DNA from: Promethearchaeota archaeon
GTDB taxonomy: Archaea > Asgardarchaeota > Lokiarchaeia > Sigyniarchaeales > SOKP01
Assembly: GCA_048941285.1 (NCBI GenBank)
Contig: JBHLNS010000023.1
Span: forward strand, 1-50,139
Reading direction: 5' to 3'
Length of the DNA stretch: 50,139 nt
Shown here: piece by piece, positions 1-10,882 of the stretch
Numbering within the stretch: the first letter of the stretch is position 1
How the letters are laid out: the number at the start of each line of letters is the position of its first letter
Translations under genes and position numbers: made by a program
The notes under the pieces: model-generated
What the model saw: the letters and a program-made list of their open reading frames with translations, nothing else
Told to the model about the DNA's origin: nothing
Databases searched by the model: none

Positions 1-177
1 TAACTCAAAGTCATCATCAGGTATTTTATACCAGGGATTATTAAACATAATCTTAGTGAATACATAATGAGAAAAACCATTTTCATCTATTCTGCTTTTT
101 TCTGGCAAAGGAGAGATATCTCTAAGATTATCCCCTTTTTGAATCGCATCAGCTTTAGTATCCCAAATTGAGGTCAT
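1..177 (-). CDS. Hypothetical protein, N-terminal part only (runs off the window's left edge)
   Basis: ATG at 177 on the minus strand, open to position 1: MTSIWDTKADAIQKGDNLRDISPLPEKSRIDENGFSHYVFTKIMFNNPWYKIPDDDFEL; divergent from 265..936; not in the ORF track. Confidence 0.7.
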   Translation of the reverse strand, partial: MTSIWDTKADAIQKGDNLRDISPLPEKSRIDENGFSHYVFTKIMFNNPWYKIPDDDFEL

Positions 178-264
178 ACGAGATTATATATTGAAACCGA
201 CTTTTAAAAATTATTAATTTAAAATATAAAAATAGTATTTAAACATAGACTCTATTGATATTAT

Positions 265-936
265 ATGAGCAATTTTTTCAAAATCTATACTTTAACCCCA
301 TGGGATTCACTAAATTCAAAAGAACTAACAGAAGTGAAATTATTTTCCTTAAAAGATATATTTAAAACATTTCCCATAATTGAACCAGAATTTTTTGATG
401 ATTTACTTTCAAATCTATCTAATTTCACACATTATATATGGGTTGAAAGCATAAAAAGAATAATCGGACCTAAAGCTGAGGATTATGATATAAAACCATG
501 GAATTTTATCTGGGGGATGGACAATGATAGAAGAATCTATCAGCTACTTATACAAAAATTAGAAGAAAAAGCAATTTTAGTGGCTTTAGCACCTCCAGAA
601 TTAGCGAAATTATTTACTCAATATAAAAAAGAAGCTATATTAAAAATATTATCCTTACTCAATGATCCTAATCAAATGAAATTTTTAATGGTTTTAGCAC
701 CTAAAGGAAAATCAATTGTTGAAGAACAAAAACTACTCCATATGGACAAAAAAGATTTAGAAAAAATAAAACTCAATAATATGCTCAAACAAATGCCGAA
801 TATTAAAGGACAATGGTTTCCTGAATATTCACCACGTTGTCCAAATTGTAATAAGTTGATTACGCAGATAAAGGGTTTTAATGTGGCGTTTATTAAATTT
901 ATATGTCCTTATTGTGGGTATAAAAAAGATAAATAG
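265..936 (+). CDS. Hypothetical protein with C-terminal Zn ribbon
   Basis: 223-aa ORF; CPNC...CPYCG near the C-terminus; rest not recognised. Confidence 0.7.
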   Translation: MSNFFKIYTLTPWDSLNSKELTEVKLFSLKDIFKTFPIIEPEFFDDLLSNLSNFTHYIWVESIKRIIGPKAEDYDIKPWNFIWGMDNDRRIYQLLIQKLEEKAILVALAPPELAKLFTQYKKEAILKILSLLNDPNQMKFLMVLAPKGKSIVEEQKLLHMDKKDLEKIKLNNMLKQMPNIKGQWFPEYSPRCPNCNKLITQIKGFNVAFIKFICPYCGYKKDK

Positions 937-1035
937 AAGATCTATTTTTATTAAAATCCTCTATAATGATTTTTATTTGATAATTTAATATAGATCTTAT
1001 TATTAAAACTTAAAAGAAAAGGTTATATTTCAAAT

Positions 1036-2571
1036 ATGTTTGTTGCGGCATTAGATTTAGGAACTACAGGATGCAGAACATATATTTTTGATTTATCAGG
1101 TACCGTAATAGCTAGTGATTATCAAGAATGGCAAAGTTTTTATCCTTCCCCATCATTTGTAGAGCAAGATGCTAACGTTTGGTGGACATCCATTAAAATA
1201 ACTATAGAAAACGCAATAAAAAAGAGTGGTATTGATAAAACAAATATAGTTAGTCTCTCAATAACAAATCAAAGAGAAACAATCGTACCTGTTGATAGAG
1301 ATGGAAATCCACTTCATAATGCGTTAGTTTGGCAGGATAGGCGAACCATAGAGCAAGTAGACTATATTAAAACTAAAATTGGTATAGATAAAATATATAA
1401 AACGACAGGATTGACTATTGACCCATACTTCTCAGCAACAAAAATTCTCTGGTTTAAAAATAAAAAACCAGAGATTTATCAAAAAACACACAAATTTTTG
1501 CTTGTTTCAGATTTCATTATACATAAATTAACAGGTAAATTCTGCACAGATTTCTCAAATGCTTCGCGAACAATGTTGTTTGATATTAATAAATTAAAAT
1601 ATTCAGATGAAATTGCGTCTGAACTAGAAATAGATTTAGATAAAATGCCAGATACTTTAAAAAGCGGCGTCGATATTGGAGAAATTGAAACTGATGCTAC
1701 ATTATTCGACAAAAAAACACTCGTTATTACAGGTGCCGGAGATCAACAATCAGCAGCTTTAGGTGTTGGAGTAGTATCTCCTGGTGATGTAAAATGCACA
1801 ACAGGAACAGGAAGTTTTATTTTAGCTTATCTATCACAACCGAATTTCGATCCGATGAAACGAGTTTTATGTAGTTGTCATGCCGTTCCAGGCTCATGGG
1901 TGCAAGAAGCAAGTATATTTACAAGTGGAGCAGTATTAAGATGGTTTAGGGATCAAATAGGAGAAGCAGAATGTAATTTGGTTCAAGAAGGTCAAGACCC
2001 TTATGATTTAATTACTGCTGAAGCAAAAAAGTCATCAATTGGAGCAAATGGGGTGCTTCTAATCCCCCACTTTATTGGTTCAGGAGCACCACATTGGAAT
2101 CCACACGCAAGAGGAATTATTTTTGGATTAGCTTTAGGTCATGAACGCAAGGATCTTTATAGAGCAGTCCTTGAAGGTGTAGCTTATGAGATTCGAAAAA
2201 ATATCGAAGTATTTAAAGAATTAGGAATTGAACCAAAAGAATTGATGCTAACTGGTGGAGGTTCTCGTTCTGATTTTTGGAATCAGATTTATGCTGATGT
2301 ACTAGGAATAACATGTGTTAGAAATATCGTAGAAGAAGCTACTTCTTTAGGAGTTGCTATTTTAGCTGCTTCAGGAGCAGGTATTTTTCCAGATATTGCC
2401 AAAGCAGCTGAAACTTTATGTAAAGTTGATAAAAAGTGGCTTCCCAACAATGAACAGCATAAATTTTATGAAAAATTTTATAATTACTCTTGTGATATGT
2501 ATGAATTGATAAATACCAGTAATATGTACAAGAAATTCGATAAGATAAATCAAAATAAAGATTTTGCTTAA
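1036..2571 (+). CDS. FGGY-family carbohydrate kinase (glycerol kinase/xylulokinase-like)
   Basis: DLGTT, EQD, TNQRET, WQDRRT, DPYFSATK, TDFSNASRTMLFDI, GDQQSA, GTGSF, GGG motifs; NQRET/WQDRR/YFS/ASRT are glycerol-kinase-like. Confidence 0.9.
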   Translation: MFVAALDLGTTGCRTYIFDLSGTVIASDYQEWQSFYPSPSFVEQDANVWWTSIKITIENAIKKSGIDKTNIVSLSITNQRETIVPVDRDGNPLHNALVWQDRRTIEQVDYIKTKIGIDKIYKTTGLTIDPYFSATKILWFKNKKPEIYQKTHKFLLVSDFIIHKLTGKFCTDFSNASRTMLFDINKLKYSDEIASELEIDLDKMPDTLKSGVDIGEIETDATLFDKKTLVITGAGDQQSAALGVGVVSPGDVKCTTGTGSFILAYLSQPNFDPMKRVLCSCHAVPGSWVQEASIFTSGAVLRWFRDQIGEAECNLVQEGQDPYDLITAEAKKSSIGANGVLLIPHFIGSGAPHWNPHARGIIFGLALGHERKDLYRAVLEGVAYEIRKNIEVFKELGIEPKELMLTGGGSRSDFWNQIYADVLGITCVRNIVEEATSLGVAILAASGAGIFPDIAKAAETLCKVDKKWLPNNEQHKFYEKFYNYSCDMYELINTSNMYKKFDKINQNKDFA

Positions 2572-2664
2572 GGAAAGAAATTAATTGATAATAATCAATT
2601 TTATATATTTAGAATGTTATTTGTTCTATAATTAAAACTACTTACAGATAAGAAAAAGAATTAA

Positions 2665-3282
2665 GTGAAGAAAATGGAATATGAATCTTCAAATTTAGCT
2701 AAAGAATACAGGAAAAGTCAGAGAGTTATAGCTTTGATATTTTTTATAATAATAGTTATTGCTAGTATAGTTTCACTATTAGGTGTTGTTTGGACTTTTG
2801 CGGATATCTTTATTGGTACAACTGGAAAATGGGAACAATTTTTAGCGCTCAATTTAGGATATAAAATAGCTATCATTGGTGGACTTTTAGCTGGCTTGTT
2901 TTTTCTTCTTGTCTTCTTTTTTGGATTATTTAAAAAGACTTCACGGTCGTTAATTCATTTTATCTATAAAAAGAGAGAGCTTGAAGAAAAATATAAAAAT
3001 CGTACTGATGTAAAAATTGCAGCATGGGGATTATTAATCAGTTTAATTTGTATTATTGGTGGAACGATTTTTGCAATTATATGGGATATTTTTATTAGTG
3101 GTTCAGGAGATCCATCAATAATCCTAACTCTATTGGGAAGTACAGGTCCACGAGTACTATTTATTGGAATTGGACTCTTTATGTTGGTTGGAGTTATTCT
3201 TTTTATGATATACTTTTGGAAGAATGGATATTATTTAATATTGAAACTCCTTGGTGGATTAGAAAAAGAAAAGAAAAAATAA
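2665..3282 (+). CDS. Hypothetical 4-TM membrane protein (start may be ATG at 2674)
   Basis: Four long hydrophobic segments arranged as two similar hairpins, with basic loops and tail. Confidence 0.75.
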   Translation: MKKMEYESSNLAKEYRKSQRVIALIFFIIIVIASIVSLLGVVWTFADIFIGTTGKWEQFLALNLGYKIAIIGGLLAGLFFLLVFFFGLFKKTSRSLIHFIYKKRELEEKYKNRTDVKIAAWGLLISLICIIGGTIFAIIWDIFISGSGDPSIILTLLGSTGPRVLFIGIGLFMLVGVILFMIYFWKNGYYLILKLLGGLEKEKKK

Positions 3283-3403
3283 CTATATTATTTTTTTTGG
3301 TTAAATTAGAAATCTTTTGCTCTTTTATTTTTTTTATATAAATAAATTCTCTTGTAAATTCAAATCAATATTTTAATCAATCTAATAACGCCAAATTGAT
3401 AAC

Positions 3404-4930
3404 ATGGCTGTTAAAGTTGGAACTGTTTTTAATTATTTACAATTGCCTAATGTGTCTAAGTTCCCTTTTGTCATAAATAAAAGGCAAGATGATATTTTCA
3501 TTCAAAAAGGACTATTTGTCTATACAAAATCTTATGAAGGTTTTTTAATTGGTATTATCGAAGAAATAATCTTATTGAATGAATATTTTACTGATGCATT
3601 AACAATTAAAGCTTATAATAATAACAATAATCCAAATATTTTAAAAGGGCTCTTTCCAAGTGAAGATTTTGAATTTGCTATTGCTATCGTTAGATGTTTA
3701 GGATTAATTAAATTCAAAGAGAATAAATCAAAAGAAATTGAGAAGGTTCAACGAATGACATTTCCAGCTAGCCCTGGAAAAGGAGTATATATTGTAGAGG
3801 AAGATATTCTTTTTAAATTCCTTGGATTCGATACTGATTATGGATTAGATCTCGGACAAGTAAAAGTTTCCTATTCTAAAGCTAAAATTAATATGAATAG
3901 ATTGTTAAACAAACATTTTGCTATTCTCTCTATTTCAGGAGGGGGAAAAAGTTATCTTACTTCAGTACTTATTGAAGAGCTTCTATCTAGAAATGAGGAT
4001 TACGGCACTCCAGCTATTATATTATTTGATGTTCATGGAGAATATACATACCTAAAAGATATTCCTGAATTGAAAAATAAAATAAAAATACATGATATTT
4101 CTTATTTTCAAATTGGAATCCCAAAATTATCAGTTTATTCTTTTAAGAAATATCAAGAGCAAATTTCATTTGTTCAAATAAGAGAACTTTCAAAATATAT
4201 AAAAAGATTAAAAAGAGACAAAAATACAAAGAATCAATATACATTAAATGACATAATTGAACAGATAGAAAATGACACTGAAGGAAATCGTAGTACAAAA
4301 CAAGCTTTAGTTGGCTGGCTATCCGATTTAAAACGACTTACACTATTTGGTTCTCAAGAAAATCCAATCTTAAACAATATCGTAAACAAACAAGAATTAA
4401 CTATTTTTAACTTTCAAAAAGAGATTAGCATTAGAAAAAAGCAGATTATTGTCGATTACATTTGTAATCGATTATTTGAACTTCGAAGAATAAATGAAGT
4501 TCCTCCTTTTTTACTTATTGTAGAGGAAGCGCATCAATTTTGCCCTGAAGCAGCCCATGTTAATGCGATTTCAAAACCTATAATTGAAATGATTGCTAGA
4601 GAAGGAAGGAAATTTATGGCTTGTTTATGTTTAATCAGCCAGAGACCTAAGAAATTAAGTACTACTGCTTTATCACAATGTAATTCTAAACTAGTTTTAA
4701 ATATAAAAAATCCATATGATTTAAAACATTTAATGGATAGCTCAGAGGCAATTACTAAAGAGTATGCTAGTATGATTTCGAGTTTAGGAGTAGGAGAAAT
4801 GTTATTAATGGGAAATGCTGTAAATTATCCTGTTTTCATTGATGTTAGAGAAAGAAATTTCAAGTCAAAAAGCGAAGAGATATCATTATCACAATTTTGC
4901 GTAAATTGGCAAAATAAAGAACTAAAGTAG
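3404..4930 (+). CDS. HerA/FtsK-family ATPase (DUF87-type, N-terminal HAS-barrel-like region)
   Basis: KHFAILSISGGGKS (Walker A), FDVHGEY, IVEEAHQF (Walker B), AREGRK, SQRP. Confidence 0.88.
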   Translation: MAVKVGTVFNYLQLPNVSKFPFVINKRQDDIFIQKGLFVYTKSYEGFLIGIIEEIILLNEYFTDALTIKAYNNNNNPNILKGLFPSEDFEFAIAIVRCLGLIKFKENKSKEIEKVQRMTFPASPGKGVYIVEEDILFKFLGFDTDYGLDLGQVKVSYSKAKINMNRLLNKHFAILSISGGGKSYLTSVLIEELLSRNEDYGTPAIILFDVHGEYTYLKDIPELKNKIKIHDISYFQIGIPKLSVYSFKKYQEQISFVQIRELSKYIKRLKRDKNTKNQYTLNDIIEQIENDTEGNRSTKQALVGWLSDLKRLTLFGSQENPILNNIVNKQELTIFNFQKEISIRKKQIIVDYICNRLFELRRINEVPPFLLIVEEAHQFCPEAAHVNAISKPIIEMIAREGRKFMACLCLISQRPKKLSTTALSQCNSKLVLNIKNPYDLKHLMDSSEAITKEYASMISSLGVGEMLLMGNAVNYPVFIDVRERNFKSKSEEISLSQFCVNWQNKELK

Positions 4931-5194
4931 TTCAGAAGTTAAATCTTCTCTTAGTATATTATTATTTTTATTAAGTACAATCATTTTTTTATTTTTTGAA
5001 ACGCGGAAAACATTAATTAAACCTATGCTTTCTAATTTCATGAACATTTCTTCTAATAACAATGAATTAATGAAAGGAAATTCTTTTTTAAGAAGCTCTT
5101 CGAGCCTTCTATCTAAAATCTCTCCTTTATTTTTTATTAGTATATCTATAACAGAATTCAAAATTGGTTTCTGATTCCATCGATGGGATTCGAT
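4922..5194 (-). CDS. Small winged-helix-like protein downstream of cdc48 (track start is TTG 5161; proposed start ATC 5194)
   Basis: ...EEMFMKLESIGLINVFRVSKNKKMIVL is a wHTH-like pattern; frame is open upstream to TGA at 5201-5203; AGGTGA lies 6 nt before ATC 5194. Confidence 0.7.
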   Translation of the reverse strand: MESHRWNQKPILNSVIDILIKNKGEILDRRLEELLKKEFPFINSLLLEEMFMKLESIGLINVFRVSKNKKMIVLNKNNNILREDLTSELL

Positions 5195-5265
5195 ATTATT
5201 TCACCTGTTATTCAAATTGAGATTTAGTATATTATATCTCTAACCCTAAATTAAGTTTATGAATT

Positions 5266-7497
5266 TTAAACAAACAATCTGTCTTCTTTAGATTCTTCAA
5301 TTCTTCTACTTTTTAATTTTTCTCCAAATTTTTCATACCATTCAATTATTTCTTTGGATAAAGTAGGATTAACCATTTTTCTTGCTTCTTTAAAATGTTC
5401 CAAGGACACCTTTCGCGCTCTTATATTTTCTCTTAAAGCAATCATAGCTGCTTCACGACACCACGTCTCTATATCTGCTCCAGAAAAACCCTCAATCATA
5501 TTATTTAGGCTTTCTAATTTTATATTACTTGCCAATGGCATGGCTTTAGTGAAAATCTTTAGAATTTCTAGCCTTCCCATTTCATTTGGTTGGGGCACTA
5601 GCAAAATCCGATCAATCCTCCCTGGTCTTATTAAAGCGGGATCTAAGATATCAGGTCGATTAGTAGCAGCAATTACAACAATGTCTTTCATTACTTCTAA
5701 TCCATCCAATTCCGTTAAAAATTGAGATAAAACTTTTTCAGTCACACCTGAATCTGAAGTATGTCTACCTCTACTAGGTGCAATTGAATCGAATTCATCA
5801 AAAAAGATAATACAAGGAGATGCCATTTTAGCTTTGCGGAAAATCTCTCTAATTGCTTTTTCTGATTCTCCCACCCATTTAGATAAGAGCTCTGGCCCTT
5901 TTATTGATATAAAATTTGCTTTACTTTCAGTCGCTACAGCTCTCGCTAATAAAGTTTTACCACATCCTGGGGGTCCATAAAGTAGAATTCCTTTTGGCGG
6001 TGTTATTCCCATGCGACTGAATATACTAGGATTTGATATTGGCCATTCCACCGATTCAATCAACTTCTGTTTTAAATCATCCAAACCACCTACTTCACTC
6101 CATGGAACATTTGGAACCTCTACAAATACTTCTCTTATTCCAGAAGGCAAAATTTCCTTTAATGCGTCATCAAAATCTTCTTGAGTAACCTCGATTTGTT
6201 CTAATAGTTCTGGATCGATTACTTCTGATTCTAAGTCAATTTTGGGTAAATATCTTCTTAAAGCGGACATCGCAGCTTCTCGGCAAACTGCTGAGATATC
6301 TGCTCCCACGAATCCGTGAGTAATTTGGGAAAATTCCTTTAATGAAATTTTCTTATCAAGAGGCATATTTCGCGTATGTATTTGAAAGATCTCTCTCCTG
6401 CCTTTTTCATTTGGAACCTTTATCTCAATTTCACGATCAAATCTACCTGGACGTCTTAATGCAGGATCTAAACTATTTGGTCTATTAGTTGCTCCGATTA
6501 CTATTACTTTACCTCTACCATGTAATCCATCCATTAACGCTAATAACTGTGCGACAACTCTGCGTTCTACTTCCCCTGTTACAGTTTCTCTCTTAGGGGC
6601 AATTGCATCAATCTCATCAATAAAAATAATAGCAGGGCTCTTCTCTTCTGCTTCTATAAAAATTTTTCGTAACTTTTTTTCAGATTCCCCATAAAATTTA
6701 CTCATAATTTCTGGACCATTTATTGATATGAAATGTGCCTCACTTTCATTAGCTACAGCCCGAGCTAACAATGTTTTTCCACAGCCTGGTGGCCCTCTTA
6801 GGAGTACTCCTTTGGGTGGATCAATTCCCAAACGCTTAAACAATGATGGGTGTCGTAAAGGTAATTCTACCATTTCTCTAACTCTTTGTATCTCTTTGTC
6901 TAATCCACCAACATCTTCATATGTTAGATAGTCAAGTCCCCTTTCCTCCTCTTCAATGATTCTTTCGCTCAGATTGAGTATTGTATCTTGTTTAATAATA
7001 CATACTCCCTTAGGTCTCATACTTATAACCTTAAAGGTGATCTCTCTGCTGATTCCAATAGAAATAAAAATATAATCATCCATTGTGATGGGATAATTGT
7101 TTAATTTCCTTTTTACAAAACTTTCAAGACGGGGATCAATTTTAATTGAAAAGTTTGAGGGCGCTAAAACTACATGTTGAGCAATCTCAGCTTTAACTTT
7201 TCGAATTTCAATAGTATCATCGATTCTAGATCCTGTATTTTTTTGAAGTCGAGAATCAACACGCACAATTCCTAAACCATTATCTTGGGGATAACTTGGC
7301 CATGCAATTCCAGCACTTTCTTTCTTGCCATTAACAGAGATGACATCACCAGTTTGAATATTTAACTTTTCCATTGTTTTTGGATCAATTCGAATAATAT
7401 TGCGTCCAATATCCCTTTTTTTAGCCTTTTGAACTCGTAAGGTTACACTAGGATTTTCCTCATCTTTCTCCTTATCAGTATTCTCTTTTGATGACAT
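5266..7497 (-). CDS. cdc48: CDC48/VAT (p97-like) AAA+ ATPase
   Basis: N-domain plus two AAA modules: GPPGCGKT twice, FIDEID/FFDEFD, ATNRP..LDPAL.RPGR. Confidence 0.97.
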   Translation of the reverse strand: MSSKENTDKEKDEENPSVTLRVQKAKKRDIGRNIIRIDPKTMEKLNIQTGDVISVNGKKESAGIAWPSYPQDNGLGIVRVDSRLQKNTGSRIDDTIEIRKVKAEIAQHVVLAPSNFSIKIDPRLESFVKRKLNNYPITMDDYIFISIGISREITFKVISMRPKGVCIIKQDTILNLSERIIEEEERGLDYLTYEDVGGLDKEIQRVREMVELPLRHPSLFKRLGIDPPKGVLLRGPPGCGKTLLARAVANESEAHFISINGPEIMSKFYGESEKKLRKIFIEAEEKSPAIIFIDEIDAIAPKRETVTGEVERRVVAQLLALMDGLHGRGKVIVIGATNRPNSLDPALRRPGRFDREIEIKVPNEKGRREIFQIHTRNMPLDKKISLKEFSQITHGFVGADISAVCREAAMSALRRYLPKIDLESEVIDPELLEQIEVTQEDFDDALKEILPSGIREVFVEVPNVPWSEVGGLDDLKQKLIESVEWPISNPSIFSRMGITPPKGILLYGPPGCGKTLLARAVATESKANFISIKGPELLSKWVGESEKAIREIFRKAKMASPCIIFFDEFDSIAPSRGRHTSDSGVTEKVLSQFLTELDGLEVMKDIVVIAATNRPDILDPALIRPGRIDRILLVPQPNEMGRLEILKIFTKAMPLASNIKLESLNNMIEGFSGADIETWCREAAMIALRENIRARKVSLEHFKEARKMVNPTLSKEIIEWYEKFGEKLKSRRIEESKEDRLFV

Positions 7498-7594
7498 GAT
7501 ATGATGATTTTTCCTTGTTGTATTTATTCAATATAGAAAAATATTAATTTTGTAAAAATTTTTGCTTTTTCTTTATCAAGATTTTTTATGTTTT

Positions 7595-8641
7595 TTAAAA
7601 AAAATCGTCTAGTGAGACTTGGACTTTTGAAGAGTCTAATTTCCTCAATCTTTCTAAAGCATTTTCTACTCTTTGTCGGGAAAAATTATGTTGCTCAATT
7701 AACAATTCCTCTAGTTTCTCAAAATCGATTTTTTTTTGTTTTGGTATATTATAATCCTTCTTAACATCGGGATTTAAAAATATTTCTTTAATTTGGGCGA
7801 TTAATTCTAAATCTATTATAATTTCCTTACCCCCTATTTTAATTTGATTTTTCATTATATTTTCTATTGTATTATATTTTCGAATTAAATCTAATGCTGT
7901 TTTTTGGCCAATTCCTTTTATACCTTCAAAAAAATCAGTACCTATCATTATTCCCATCTCAATGAGTTGCTCTCTAGTTATTCCAAGATTGTTTAAGAAT
8001 TTGTTTAATGACACATATTCAATATCTAATGTAACAGTTGTATCTTTTACCTTTCTACTTCGACTTATGGCAAAATTTCTAAGCAATCTTTCCCCTCCAA
8101 ATAACAGAGTGTCATAATCTTGCGAAGCACATGCCCAGGCATCTCCTTTTTCAACTATATATGCTGATTGAGCTTCTCCTTCAGAGCTGGCTTGAATTAT
8201 TGGAATTCCCATAAATTCAATCAGCTTTTTACTCTCATCAACCATTCCTGCATCTAAAATAGAGGTAAATTGGGCAAATTTCTTAGCTTCTTTAAAATCC
8301 TCCTCATCTTGGGCTTTAATCATTTTCTCCTTGGCTTCATTTTTTATTTTTTTTCTTTCTTTTATTGTATCCAGTTTCAATTCAGATGGTATTCCATCAA
8401 AAACATACATAGGATTGATATTGTGCTCTAAAAAATTAATTGACCTATAGAAAAGTCCTGATAGATGTGATGTCACGTTTCCCTGGTAATCTTTCAAAGG
8501 GGTTCCATCTTTTTGTCTTATTATAGCTAAAAACTGATAAATTGTATTGAATGCATCAATAGCAATGCTTTTTTTAAAGAGATTCTCAAATGTAATAGTT
8601 CTTTTAACTTCATTTACTAACTCATTAATTTTAACGCCCAT
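7595..8641 (-). CDS. fen: Flap endonuclease 1
   Basis: MGV start, DAFNTIYQFL, TSHLSGLFYR, EGEAQ, SQDYDTLLFG, GTDF, C-terminal PIP box QVSLDDFF. Confidence 0.97.
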   Translation of the reverse strand: MGVKINELVNEVKRTITFENLFKKSIAIDAFNTIYQFLAIIRQKDGTPLKDYQGNVTSHLSGLFYRSINFLEHNINPMYVFDGIPSELKLDTIKERKKIKNEAKEKMIKAQDEEDFKEAKKFAQFTSILDAGMVDESKKLIEFMGIPIIQASSEGEAQSAYIVEKGDAWACASQDYDTLLFGGERLLRNFAISRSRKVKDTTVTLDIEYVSLNKFLNNLGITREQLIEMGIMIGTDFFEGIKGIGQKTALDLIRKYNTIENIMKNQIKIGGKEIIIDLELIAQIKEIFLNPDVKKDYNIPKQKKIDFEKLEELLIEQHNFSRQRVENALERLRKLDSSKVQVSLDDFF

Positions 8642-8711
8642 TTCTAGGTTAAACCCTATTTTCTATATATATTTATAATACAACTTATATAATTACCACT
8701 AATATATTATT

Positions 8712-9248
8712 TTATTTTTTTGGTCGTCTTCTTAATTTTGATCCACAAATTTCACAAATTTTGTTAAAATCCTCAGAGCTATGAACTTTTTTGCAATACG
8801 GACAAAAAATTTCCCAGATTATCTTTGATTTAATACCATCTTTATACAAAGAATGATAAGGTATATTTAATTCTGCACAAATATTTTCAATAGAATAATC
8901 ATTACTATAAATCTTTATATTCTCTCCCTGAGTTTCTATTAATTCTAGACTTATTGCTAAAAGCTCCTTATCTGGGTCAGATAAAGCATTAAAATCTCCA
9001 GTATTTTTAGAAACTTCACTAATTTTAGTAATATATTCATTTTTGGGAACCTTAATTTTTAATTTATTAGTCCCAATTGCAACTTTAATTCTATTTAGAA
9101 TATTTCTATTTTTTTCTTTATATCTACTATCATTCACTTCTTCGATTATCGAGGGAGTTGTATAAATTATCCCTTCGATTAGATTAAAATCAATTCCAGT
9201 AAGGAAAATATTAGTATCAAAAATATAAATTGAAGCTTTTTTTTTCAT
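8712..9248 (-). CDS. nob1: Nob1-family PIN endoribonuclease with Zn ribbon
   Basis: FDTN, LSDPD, SNDYSIEN (PIN acidic motifs), CPYC...CEICG. Confidence 0.88.
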   Translation of the reverse strand: MKKKASIYIFDTNIFLTGIDFNLIEGIIYTTPSIIEEVNDSRYKEKNRNILNRIKVAIGTNKLKIKVPKNEYITKISEVSKNTGDFNALSDPDKELLAISLELIETQGENIKIYSNDYSIENICAELNIPYHSLYKDGIKSKIIWEIFCPYCKKVHSSEDFNKICEICGSKLRRRPKK

Positions 9249-9305
9249 ATTGCCATTCTTCGGTGATCCATATTAGAATATTTCTATTCAAATTGAACTA
9301 AAATA

Positions 9306-10205
9306 TTATAACTCAGGAGAATCATCAATAGGTACTCTTCTTACAGTACCAATAATTTTCTTTCTTAATCGGGTATAATAGCTTCCAGGAAACCGTATAA
9401 ATTTAATTTGAGAATTTGCTTTACGAATCCTTACTTTAGTATTAGGAGCAATTCTTCTAATTATCTGTTGACCATCTATGACAATTTTAGCATCTAATCG
9501 TGGCCTTAAAAGTTGAATTTCAATTTCAGAACCTAAAGGGACGACTATTGGTTTCAAACCAGACCTAGCAAAACTATTTAGTGGAGTGATCTGCATAATT
9601 TCCATATTAGGATTTACAATTGCTCCACCCGCACTTAGGTTATAAGCTGTGGATCCTGTAGGTGTTGAGATTATTACTCCATCTAGATAACTTCGATTTA
9701 GAAAAATTCCATCAATTCTAACTGACACTTGCAAAACTTTTGAACTTTTAGAAGATACTATTAAAACTTCATTCAAAGCATTACTCAATTTAATTTCACC
9801 TGAATTTTTAGCTACATAAGCTGTGATTTTGGAACATACTTCTAATGTAAATTCTCCGTTTAAAATTCTTGTTAAATCTTTAAATATTGTTCGCCCATTT
9901 GATTCGTCTAAAAAACCAATTGACCCTACATTTACTCCTAAAATTGGAGGTGGATTCTGTTGTGATAAACTGCTAGCAACTCTTAATATAGACCCGTCTC
10001 CTCCAACAATCACTATGAATTTAATGTTTTCAGCATTCATTTCACCTAAATCCATACCATGATGCGGAAAAATCTTTGGAGCAATTCTGGTTTCCAGATA
10101 AACTATTTCACCTTTTTGAACTAAGAATTCAAAAATCCTCCTCGATAATTTAATTGCTCTTTCAGAATCCAATCTACAAGCTAAAGCTATTGGTTTTTTC
10201 TCCAT
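9306..10205 (-). CDS. nadK: NAD(+) kinase
   Basis: GGDGS, G..GFL, LNE, DG.IISTPTGSTAYNLSAGG. Confidence 0.95.
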   Translation of the reverse strand: MEKKPIALACRLDSERAIKLSRRIFEFLVQKGEIVYLETRIAPKIFPHHGMDLGEMNAENIKFIVIVGGDGSILRVASSLSQQNPPPILGVNVGSIGFLDESNGRTIFKDLTRILNGEFTLEVCSKITAYVAKNSGEIKLSNALNEVLIVSSKSSKVLQVSVRIDGIFLNRSYLDGVIISTPTGSTAYNLSAGGAIVNPNMEIMQITPLNSFARSGLKPIVVPLGSEIEIQLLRPRLDAKIVIDGQQIIRRIAPNTKVRIRKANSQIKFIRFPGSYYTRLRKKIIGTVRRVPIDDSPEL

Positions 10206-10301
10206 GACCCTAGGATTTTCTATTAAAAATTATATTTTAATCTTGATATATTTAAAAAAATAATGGATACTTAAATTAATGTTTGTTCTGAACTAGTTAT
10301 T

Positions 10302-10730
10302 CTAATTACTGAAAACTCTATTTATGAGTGTTTTTCCAGCCAGTTGCCAATATTCTACTTGAGTTGTTGAGATCATTTTAGGGTTAGCTTGAAGTTCCTT
10401 TAATTTTTTCTTTAATTCCTCTTCTTGAGGCCAAGCAACATCAAATGATTCATAAGATTCTAAATCCATGATGTTTATTGCGTTATCCTCAATAAAATTA
10501 ATCTGCGCATTTCCTTTAGTGATCTCGGGAATTTCTACCATATGGCCGCTCGGGATCGTTATTGAACGTTTGTTATTATCAAACATACCAACACATACGA
10601 CTCTTACTTTAGCATGACCGTGTTTCCCACTTTTAGAGCGTTCCGTACTTTTTATTATACATGGTTCTTCATCAACCATGATATATTGTCCGGTTTTTAA
10701 TTTTTGTATCTCTGTTCTTCTTATAGACAA
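10302..10730 (-). CDS. eif5a: Translation factor aIF5A/eIF5A
   Basis: Hypusine-site motif SKSGKHGHAK; MDLESYE; TTG start preceded by AGGTGG. Confidence 0.96.
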   Translation of the reverse strand: MSIRRTEIQKLKTGQYIMVDEEPCIIKSTERSKSGKHGHAKVRVVCVGMFDNNKRSITIPSGHMVEIPEITKGNAQINFIEDNAINIMDLESYESFDVAWPQEEELKKKLKELQANPKMISTTQVEYWQLAGKTLINRVFSN

Positions 10731-10882
10731 TTACATTTCCACCTTAGTTTGTATATTTCTATCCAAATATTTTTAATTTTGACATTTCTTTTAATTTATG
10801 ATATATTATATTTTTTCCAAAAAAAATATTAGTTTTTACCTACTATTTCAAATACTTTATAAAAATTATCTACTGTGACATA

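Noticed and set aside
3404-5194. HerA plus small neighbour as an anti-phage system
   Set aside because: No Sir2, nuclease or other effector adjacent; the small gene is convergent and belongs to the cdc48 run; housekeeping context
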